From the IMG/VR virus record IMGVR_UViG_3300010396_000037: a stretch of 64,000 nt of DNA; one strand, given 5' to 3'. This document shows positions 56,001 through 64,000 of this stretch, piece by piece. The stretch comes from a virus. How positions within the stretch are numbered: the stretch's first letter is position 1; each line of letters starts with the position of its first letter. The notes beneath the pieces are model-generated. The model saw nothing but the letters and a program-made list of their open reading frames with translations, searched no databases and had not been told where the DNA came from. The translations under genes were made by a program, and so were the position numbers.

Positions 56001-59000
56001 TTACTCTTTCTTAATGGTGACTCTGCCATTAGTCGTGTTATGAACAGAAACATAGAAGTCTTTCTGTTCACCAGCCCAGTAGCACAAATCTTGGCCAGAT
56101 ATTGAAATTCTGTTCACTGTTCTTTCTTGAACAGGTTCTACTTTCATAATAGTATCCCAGAACACATATGGGGTCTTTCCTATTTGTCTTGAATCCATTA
56201 CAGGCAATTGTTTGCCTAATGAATTCTCTGGTAGGAATCTCTCGAAATCACGTCCTTCGAGAGGAGTAGATGAAGAAATCACGACTGTGGCGCCACAAGC
56301 CATATGTAGTCTGAAACATGGTTGCAAACTTTGGTAAGCGCGACTGATGCGACGAGACAATACATTTAGATCCTTATGCCTACACGCTGAAATCAAATCA
56401 TCCTTAGCATATTCACCAATTAGTTTGTTATCAAGTGGAGTGTAGGATTGCACATCAGCGCATCCACCGCCACCACCCATTGGTCGAGTTGGTTGTATCT
56501 GTGTGATAGCATTCATTGTCATCTGCATACTTACATTAGCCAGTGATGTGTTACCAGAAACATATGTAGCAGTCACTCTGTAAGTTGAAGTGGTGTTTGA
56601 AGCGCCATTCTGCAAGAAAGCCCAGAATTGGTTGTTGCTTGGCGGATTCCACTTGCTGTTAAATATTGTGTTTGAACCTGAAATTGGTGTGATAGCCCAA
56701 TTCCAATATGCGCCAGGAACTGTGTTAGAGCTCGTTGCTTGGAACACAATACCAAATCCGGCTGCGCAAGTCACATTATCAGATACGATGTCTCTCAATT
56801 GTGAATTCCACACGTTACCAGCTGGTGGTGGCATTCCTGTCACTTCTAGATAAGCAGTGATTTGAGGGACCACATTTGGAGAAGGTGGTGGGAGAGCAGG
56901 AACCAATCTGCTCAACTTATAAGACTGAACAGTAGATGAAGTCAAGCCAGAAGAGTCTTTCGTAGTCAATGTCACGTTAACTTGTTGTGTATTGGTCAAC
57001 ATGTTAGAATATGTATGACTTACAGATTGTCCTGGAGTTGTAATGACCTGTGTTGAACCATCACCAAAATTCCAAGTCCACTGGCTGATAGGATTGCTAC
57101 CAGCTGCTGAAGTGTCAATGAAATTCAATGTTGGGAATGTAGGGGTTACAGTGGTAAGTGACGCAGTTCCAGAAGTCAATTTGAAAGCTGCTGTTGGAGC
57201 AGTGTTCGCTCTAACAGGCACAGTTGTTGGTGGTGGTAATGATGGAGGAGGAGCTGGTGGTGGCACTCTGTAAACTACATCAGCAATAAACACAGCAGCC
57301 GCTCCAGAAACAGGAGCGTCTGTAACCGCATCAATTGATGAATCCAATACAGTTACAACATGTTGACCACCCATGAAGTAGTTGGCTGGTATGCTCAATT
57401 TGGCATACAAGTTACCACGTGAATCGGATTGCAGAGCATTTCCCCAAGTTCCTGATCTTGTTACTAGACTATCATCAGATGTGTTACCAGAAGCGTTATA
57501 TGTACCAGGAGCTGCCCACTGGTTTGCAAGAACACTGTCAATGTATATATTGTATTGTGTATATGGTTTCAAACCACTCGTGACAATGGCCAATTGTCTG
57601 GTTGAAATATAAGACTGTACAGAGACATTGATATAAGTGGCATCATTCAAAGAATAACTGTTTGGATTGTTTTCATTACCACTTAGAATTGTAGCACTGC
57701 GCAATGAATTGGATTCGCTGTTGGAAGCAGCAGCCAATGAAGTCTGAACAGATTGTCTCCACCAACCAAAGGTCATTGTTAATGGTGGACCTGCCATCTC
57801 AGCCAACGCCATTGTTGCTGGTGATCCATCAGAAGATATAGATGCTGCTGGTGCAAATGCTTCTACTTCAGACCAGAAATCAGGATACACACGCATACTA
57901 CCAGCGAAGGTTGGTGGCATACCAGACAAGAATCTTTCATCTGTTGCATAACCTTGGGTAATATGTGGAACAGAATTATAAGCAATTGACAATGAGTCGC
58001 CAGTCTGTTGAATGTTTTGAGAGTCTGCACCACTGTATTGCAACTCAACGAACCAAGGATAAATCAATGGACGTGCATAACTGTTCTGAGCGTCGATAGC
58101 AATCTGATATTGTGGAAGATCAGTCCTACCAAAAGCATGGCTGGACATTGGATCAACGAAAATACCATTCTTGAATTGTTCTTGACCATTACCATTGATT
58201 GTGCTGGTTGAAGCTGCAGCATTCTCGAGGGTATTCAATGTTACATAGTATTCAAGCTGTGATATACGCTGGTCTAATGAAGAAATATCATTCATCGTAT
58301 AACGACGATGGCTCTGTAAAGATACCGCCATATCATAAGTTGCAGGAGCATTTGGAAACTCCTGTTGTTCATTAGAAGGCAAAGAAGGATATGGTGGTAC
58401 TGTGATGCTAGCAATGGCCAAATTTGTATTCGCGTCATAAGTAGATAGACGTGGATTCAAGGATGGCACACCTTCAGCAATATTAAATGAACCTGAAGAA
58501 CTTAACAACAACAAGTCCTTTCGTCCTACATAATGTGTTGCGTTACAAATGAAGTTTCCAGATGGGAAAGGAGTTTGTCCTGTTGTTCTGGCATCAAACG
58601 TGTTAGAGTCAGTAGGATTCAAAGTGGCATTTGACAGAGAGTTACCAATGTTAGCTGTTGCTGTCTTGTAAGGACGGAAATCAACACAATCTCTCAAATT
58701 GTAGGAAGTCTGTTGTGAAATTGAGAAGAAGGTGGGAATTTCTGCAGTCTTGATCGACGCAAGTGTATTGGCTGAAACCGTGTCATCCACAGGATAACTA
58801 TCAATGCTGAAGAAGCCAGACCCTGTTGTGTTGTTAGGAGTGAAATGATCAACCATCACAACCATCAACTGGTTGGCATAAGCAGCTACATTCGCAGTTG
58901 GAGATAGACTCAAGGAACCCAATTCATAATATCCATCACGTTCTCCATTATCAACAATAAAATCATTGATATGGTTAATGGAAAGATCAGGTGAAGAGTT

Positions 59001-61496
59001 GGTAATCGCGTATACTGCTGTGACATTCAAAATATCTGGCAATCCGAGACACCAAGGACCAATGTCCAAACCTGTGTTGGCTGGCTGAATTAATACAGTG
59101 GTGGAGCGATTGATTTGTTTTGCTGTCTGTGTAGCACCTGCACGCAAAGCATAGAACTCCATTACAACGTTAGCTGTGCCAGTGTAATTCAGTCCTACAT
59201 TTGCAAAGCCTGCCGTGGTATTGCTGAACGTGACTGTACGAGTCGCGCCATCAAGAGGAATTGTTCTTCCTTGTTGTTCAATACGCCAGATCTTAGCTGA
59301 AGCATTTGCAACAGTGCAAGTGGTTTGAAGAGCAGTAGAGTTGACTACAGATTGCACTAACCACGAACCACTGTTGGTTCCCACCACATCCCCAGGATAG
59401 AACACAGAGTTGCCAATAGCTGGGGACGAACATGTTATCAAACCATTGGCAGAAGTTACAGCATTGTTTGCAATGACAGCGCTTGCTGTATTAGACACAA
59501 CAGTTAGAGTAATATATTGTAGTTCCGCTTGTGTTGCTGAACCCACGCCAAATCCTAGTTGTTCTCCAGAAACAGGTACAGAGAAGGCAACTTTACCTGT
59601 TGTATCCATTGAGGTAGGAACAGAAGCCATGAAATAATAATTGGTGTCAGAAGCACCATTTGCATTTACCAAACTCTTGGTTGCACTTGATCCCAATGAA
59701 AAAACCAATGGTGTGTAAGCAGAATCAACTAGAGTTGCATTTACAGTTGAAATATCAGCAAATGCGTTATTGCCTGATGATGTATAAACTAGACTCTTAA
59801 CAGCAGGGAATCCAGTGTTAGATGACATGGATATATCAAACAGATAAGCATTAGAAATACTGTTTGGTTGTCCTTGAAGAGACTGGACAGGCAACAATTC
59901 CCTTAGAATAGCAGTGCCAATCTGATTACCTGTTGGTGCAGTTAAAGAGTTCTTTCCTGTTGACACGGCATGTTGAGCAGTGTCATACAATAGAATTTCA
60001 GTGTCTCTTGGGAAGTAACCAACTAATTCATCAACTGTTAGATAGTTACCATAGGAAGTTGTTACCACTATGCTGTTAGAAGAAGTTGTATCTGTACCAC
60101 GACGTTCTACAACATCCAAACTTGACAGCATCTGAATGCGTTCACCTTCTACATACGCCAATCCTGGCTGCACTGTCAAAAGAACACTGTTTGCATCAGC
60201 AGGATTGGTATTTGAAGACACCAAGAATGGCTGTATAATGAAGTGGCCTGCTTCCTCATAAGTGCGCTCAGCAAGCGCATCACCCAATGTGCTGTATTGT
60301 GGATCAGTCTTTTGAAAGACCGCACCAGTGTTAGAAAATTGCACGATTGGAAAGAAAGTGCTGTTAGATGAAAGCGAAGAAGTCGTTACAGAAACAAGAT
60401 TGGCTGTCAACTTCAAGCGATATGCACCAGGAGCATTATAATTTGGATAACCAAGCGCATTATCAGTCAATGATGGATCAATGTCTTCAGTGATGATAGA
60501 GGCTGATGTTACAAATCCTAATGAATAATTAGCTGGAGTTGCTGTATTAGGATTAACAACAATGGTTTGTGGATCAACATTTACAAAGAATCCAGACTGA
60601 TAGACCACACCTTCAGAAATATAAGCGCCATATGAATAACCACTTGCGTCTGTATTGGTAAAAGCTGCATTAGTTGTAAGAACACCATTCGCTGGAGCTG
60701 AAATATAAGGATCAGAACCAGAGCACAACATGTTGATTGACCCAATCAATGCACCAGTATCATATACAAAGCTGTTGATGCCTGTGTTGGTTGCAGGAGT
60801 GTTCAGCAATATCAAAGATTGTCCAGTCTCGAAGAAGTCCTGAATATTATTTACAACGATAGTCTGTGCAGCAGTATTTACAGCTACAATCACACCTGTT
60901 GCTAGAACATTCGCTGTGTTGCCAGTCTGAACGCATTGTACAACAGAACCAATAGAACCAATGAATCCAGTCACAGATGAGTTACATGTTAAAACGATGT
61001 CTTCGACATAAGAAGTGTTAGAACTGTAAACATTAAGATATTCACCAGGAATAAATTTGGTGTTACCTGTTGAACCAGGAGCCGTGTAACGAACAAAGAA
61101 TTTACCAGGATTTTGTGAAGCGAAACCTGCCTGTGTTGAAACCAAATAAGCTTGAACACCAGAAGTGTTACCAACAACTACAGCGCCTGTTAGCAGAGGA
61201 TCATTCTGCGCCAATGAAGAATTGTTTACAAAATGGTCAGCTAGAGCAACCCACTCAAGGTTAGGGATATATTCAATTGAGCACCCTTCAACCACACTGC
61301 CATTCTTATATACTGTAGAAGCAAACTCGCTGATCTGATTTTGAATTTGTTGCTGTAGATTATTAACTTCACGGGTTTGAACAGCAACTCCAGGACGGAA
61401 CAAAATCTGGTAATAATTCTTGGTCGCATCAAAGTCAGCAAAGAAAGGCGCTGCTGCTAATAGATTGGAAATTGTTGGGTCAAAATTAGATGGCAT
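56001..61496 (-). CDS. VrlC/DUF4815-like virion protein with PKD and C-terminal Hint domain
   Basis: ILFRPG.AVQ.RE, NAPGA.RLK, RYTM.DI, FKNGIFVD; WNFGDG; C...VHN-T. Confidence 0.9.
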   Translation of the reverse strand: MPSNFDPTISNLLAAAPFFADFDATKNYYQILFRPGVAVQTREVNNLQQQIQNQISEFASTVYKNGSVVEGCSIEYIPNLEWVALADHFVNNSSLAQNDPLLTGAVVVGNTSGVQAYLVSTQAGFASQNPGKFFVRYTAPGSTGNTKFIPGEYLNVYSSNTSYVEDIVLTCNSSVTGFIGSIGSVVQCVQTGNTANVLATGVIVAVNTAAQTIVVNNIQDFFETGQSLILLNTPATNTGINSFVYDTGALIGSINMLCSGSDPYISAPANGVLTTNAAFTNTDASGYSYGAYISEGVVYQSGFFVNVDPQTIVVNPNTATPANYSLGFVTSASIITEDIDPSLTDNALGYPNYNAPGAYRLKLTANLVSVTTSSLSSNSTFFPIVQFSNTGAVFQKTDPQYSTLGDALAERTYEEAGHFIIQPFLVSSNTNPADANSVLLTVQPGLAYVEGERIQMLSSLDVVERRGTDTTSSNSIVVTTSYGNYLTVDELVGYFPRDTEILLYDTAQHAVSTGKNSLTAPTGNQIGTAILRELLPVQSLQGQPNSISNAYLFDISMSSNTGFPAVKSLVYTSSGNNAFADISTVNATLVDSAYTPLVFSLGSSATKSLVNANGASDTNYYFMASVPTSMDTTGKVAFSVPVSGEQLGFGVGSATQAELQYITLTVVSNTASAVIANNAVTSANGLITCSSPAIGNSVFYPGDVVGTNSGSWLVQSVVNSTALQTTCTVANASAKIWRIEQQGRTIPLDGATRTVTFSNTTAGFANVGLNYTGTANVVMEFYALRAGATQTAKQINRSTTVLIQPANTGLDIGPWCLGLPDILNVTAVYAITNSSPDLSINHINDFIVDNGERDGYYELGSLSLSPTANVAAYANQLMVVMVDHFTPNNTTGSGFFSIDSYPVDDTVSANTLASIKTAEIPTFFSISQQTSYNLRDCVDFRPYKTATANIGNSLSNATLNPTDSNTFDARTTGQTPFPSGNFICNATHYVGRKDLLLLSSSGSFNIAEGVPSLNPRLSTYDANTNLAIASITVPPYPSLPSNEQQEFPNAPATYDMAVSLQSHRRYTMNDISSLDQRISQLEYYVTLNTLENAAASTSTINGNGQEQFKNGIFVDPMSSHAFGRTDLPQYQIAIDAQNSYARPLIYPWFVELQYSGADSQNIQQTGDSLSIAYNSVPHITQGYATDERFLSGMPPTFAGSMRVYPDFWSEVEAFAPAASISSDGSPATMALAEMAGPPLTMTFGWWRQSVQTSLAAASNSESNSLRSATILSGNENNPNSYSLNDATYINVSVQSYISTRQLAIVTSGLKPYTQYNIYIDSVLANQWAAPGTYNASGNTSDDSLVTRSGTWGNALQSDSRGNLYAKLSIPANYFMGGQHVVTVLDSSIDAVTDAPVSGAAAVFIADVVYRVPPPAPPPSLPPPTTVPVRANTAPTAAFKLTSGTASLTTVTPTFPTLNFIDTSAAGSNPISQWTWNFGDGSTQVITTPGQSVSHTYSNMLTNTQQVNVTLTTKDSSGLTSSTVQSYKLSRLVPALPPPSPNVVPQITAYLEVTGMPPPAGNVWNSQLRDIVSDNVTCAAGFGIVFQATSSNTVPGAYWNWAITPISGSNTIFNSKWNPPSNNQFWAFLQNGASNTTSTYRVTATYVSGNTSLANVSMQMTMNAITQIQPTRPMGGGGGCADVQSYTPLDNKLIGEYAKDDLISACRHKDLNVLSRRISRAYQSLQPCFRLHMACGATVVISSSTPLEGRDFERFLPENSLGKQLPVMDSRQIGKTPYVFWDTIMKVEPVQERTVNRISISGQDLCYWAGEQKDFYVSVHNTTNGRVTIKKE

Positions 61497-61497
61497 T

Positions 61498-63279
61498 TTA
61501 TGGACTCAAGAAAACATGAATGGTATCTGAAGGAGAAACCGGATTGTGTAAGACAGGTGTAAAATTGCTAAGGTAGATTATTTCACCACTGTAGGGTTCA
61601 AGACTTGGCGCTCCTGTTATGGTATTTAGTGTCAGTTTCGCGCCCGAAGACAAACCAGTCAATACTTCACCGACTTGAATGTTTCCTTCCCAACCTGTTA
61701 CATCAACAGTCAGAGCTGAAGCATTAGCAGCTGCTACAACTACAATTCCGTTTTCAGCTGATCCTTGAAGTATCTCACCAGTCTGGAAGAAAACACCACC
61801 GTCAGAAACAAATTTCATGGACACACGTTGATTGAATGAAATGTGTGTGTAAGGATTGTTGTTCTGATAGAAAGTAGGATTTTTTAATATACCAGCAGAC
61901 CTGTAAGTAAAATTGACATTAGCTTCACCCAAACCGAAATTAGAGTCAGTATTGGATAAAATAGCTGTTATGCCGATGGTGTTAGCGAACAATTCTGACG
62001 CAACATTAGAACCATGTCCGCCAGCAGGACTGATAATCGCTCTCAAGGAAGCGTTGGCACCAAACACACTTGGAGTCTTAATTAAAGCAGTCGCAAAATG
62101 GTATCCGGAACCAGGATTCAAAATAATCACATCAGAAACACCACCATTGGTGTTAGCAACTGTTGCATATGCACTGAAATCTGTTCCATCTCCAAGAACC
62201 TGCACAGCAGGTCCTATCTGATACTGATAACCAGCATTGATTTGGTTTGCAGTAAATGAGCCAGCTACTGTGATTTGTTGATATGGACCAGCAGATACAG
62301 AACTCAGGATAGAGAAATTATTTACTATGCCGCCTGCTCCCCAAACTGTTAGATAGCATCCTTGATAATAGTTTACATAAGGACTAGGTTGGGCAGACAG
62401 GTAAATGCTTCCTGCTCCATTCGCTCCTGTTGAAACAATCACACCACTAGATGTGGGATAATTTGAACCAGAGCTTGCGACATCTACACTGTATATGGCT
62501 CCATCCACAGCATTGTTAGAAGTATTGGCTTCCTGATACACAGGAATCATTGAGGTTGTTGAATAAGGTTGTGTTGGTGGCAATGTGTACAGATACATCC
62601 ATTGGTAACCATCTGACAACACAGGTGGGAATGCTTCTGATGAATTAACAGTAGGTTGCACTGTGCTAGGCATTCCTTGCGCGTTATTCAAACATTTGTA
62701 GACAACACCAGAGCTATTCACGACAAAAAATGATTCATTAGACAAATCAGGATCTTGGTCATCATACTTTGCATAGACGGTATTGCTGGTCCATCTATTC
62801 AGAGGAACCATCATCATAAAAGTATTCGGACCAAGTTTCTCACCCATCATCATCTGTTGATAAGGAACATAGAATGTGCCATTAACAGACGTGTTTACAG
62901 CGTCTGGAGTTGGATCATTCACGAAAGGTTCAGAACGTCCAACAAACATATAGTAAGAGTCAGCATCAATAATAGAAACAAGATTAGCACCTGTACCAGT
63001 GTTACCAGCAACAGAAAGAGAAGGTGCTATGCTATACAATCCGCTGGTGGTAACATTCGCTTCTGTTATCACACCATTGGGATCAGTCATCACAGTGGCA
63101 ATTGCATCAGGTGTTAACACTGGATCATTAGGATCACGGGTGAAAACAATATTGGTGCCATTAGAATAAGCAGTGCCACCATTTTCAATCTGAACAATGG
63201 AAATGGGTCCCTGCATAGAAGCAAGCACATCAGTATTAAAAATTTGGGAGAATCCTGAGAGAATTACATTCTGTGCCAT
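61498..63279 (-). CDS. Baseplate wedge subunit (T4 gp8-like)
   Basis: W....Y..YDD, VYKCLNN, DGYQW.YLY, ISP.GGHG.N...EL, YSGEIIY. Confidence 0.88.
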   Translation of the reverse strand: MAQNVILSGFSQIFNTDVLASMQGPISIVQIENGGTAYSNGTNIVFTRDPNDPVLTPDAIATVMTDPNGVITEANVTTSGLYSIAPSLSVAGNTGTGANLVSIIDADSYYMFVGRSEPFVNDPTPDAVNTSVNGTFYVPYQQMMMGEKLGPNTFMMMVPLNRWTSNTVYAKYDDQDPDLSNESFFVVNSSGVVYKCLNNAQGMPSTVQPTVNSSEAFPPVLSDGYQWMYLYTLPPTQPYSTTSMIPVYQEANTSNNAVDGAIYSVDVASSGSNYPTSSGVIVSTGANGAGSIYLSAQPSPYVNYYQGCYLTVWGAGGIVNNFSILSSVSAGPYQQITVAGSFTANQINAGYQYQIGPAVQVLGDGTDFSAYATVANTNGGVSDVIILNPGSGYHFATALIKTPSVFGANASLRAIISPAGGHGSNVASELFANTIGITAILSNTDSNFGLGEANVNFTYRSAGILKNPTFYQNNNPYTHISFNQRVSMKFVSDGGVFFQTGEILQGSAENGIVVVAAANASALTVDVTGWEGNIQVGEVLTGLSSGAKLTLNTITGAPSLEPYSGEIIYLSNFTPVLHNPVSPSDTIHVFLSP

Positions 63280-63280
63280 G

Positions 63281-64000
63281 TTATGAAACCTGTATGCTGG
63301 ACTGCCATCCAAATGATGATGATTGGCGTTGTACCATTCTACCAAACATCTGCGTTCCTGCTACATGCCAACCATTCTTAACAATGCTAGCATATTGATC
63401 TGGTGATAATGAAGATTGAATCTCGTAACTATAATTCTGATAATAATATGAATCCTGCAGATATTTATCATAGTCTAGAAAACCCTGGGTGTTCTTCCAC
63501 TTACCATATCCATAGCCAACTCCAACAATCTGTGCAATACCATTTGCAAATATACCCTTGTTGTTTGCGCTGAATAATCCAAGATGTTCTCTAGACACAA
63601 ATCCTATTCCAGACTGTTTCACAACAACATTGGCAATGGCTCCAGAACCAAATGCAGCGAAACCAACAATGTTAGCATCTGTTCCATCCAGAACACCATT
63701 CAGATCTAGCAAATGCAAGGAAGCAATCACTGGATTATTTACTGTGGCGGTTATCTGTGAAGTGTATCCAGCACCAGGGTTGACTGAAGTTAAAAGCTCT
63801 ATGGTGCCGACTTCAATAGTCTTTATGTTAAGTGCTACTTCTAGGGGTGTGCTGATATTGGCAGAAGGGTCCTAAAAAAAGCCATATGATGTTGCATGCA
63901 AGACAGTGTTGGTGTAAGGATAAATGAAATCATTACTGCATGTTACATTGAAAGTATTAGACAATGAACCAATTTGAAATGTCGCTCCTGAACCAGGATC
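63281..64000 (-). CDS. Baseplate wedge subunit (gp7-like) C-terminus, partial, with in-frame TAG at 63872-63874
   Basis: QDSYYYQNYSYEI, H.AGT.MFG; frame open on both sides of the TAG. Confidence 0.8.

Overview
A 64-kb segment of a large T4-like myophage genome (gp32 SSB, gp8/gp7-like baseplate wedge genes, VrlC/DUF4815-like virion protein, TAAATA late promoters). The host is probably a proteobacterium (inference). Layout: 1-19.4 kb early/accessory and metabolic genes (RNA ligase, two DUF932 paralogs, a GC-rich block of modular genes, a circularly permuted two-piece tmRNA, GIY-YIG endonuclease, papain-like protease, glycosyltransferase, glutaredoxin, dUTPase, gp32); 19.5-27.9 kb tail-fibre/adhesin module; 30.8-45.5 kb a very dense RNA island with about 39 tRNA genes covering all 20 amino acids plus roughly 20 atypical tRNA-like or highly structured non-coding elements interleaved with small ORFs; 46-48 kb phosphatase and receiver-domain genes; 48-64 kb minus-strand virion genes. 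Most notable: two tRNA-Arg genes whose D-loop appears relocated 3' of the anticodon arm; a repeated three-way-junction RNA scaffold carrying different tRNA-like passengers; a CUA-anticodon tRNA-like gene together with an in-frame TAG in a baseplate gene; the permuted tmRNA; three 8/4 tRNA-Ser; and a recurring TTAA-N6-TTAA-N20-22-TATAAT promoter. All structures were read by eye with no database search, so novelty is unverified. Several homopolymer frameshifts suggest possible assembly errors, so single-base oddities need read-level confirmation.
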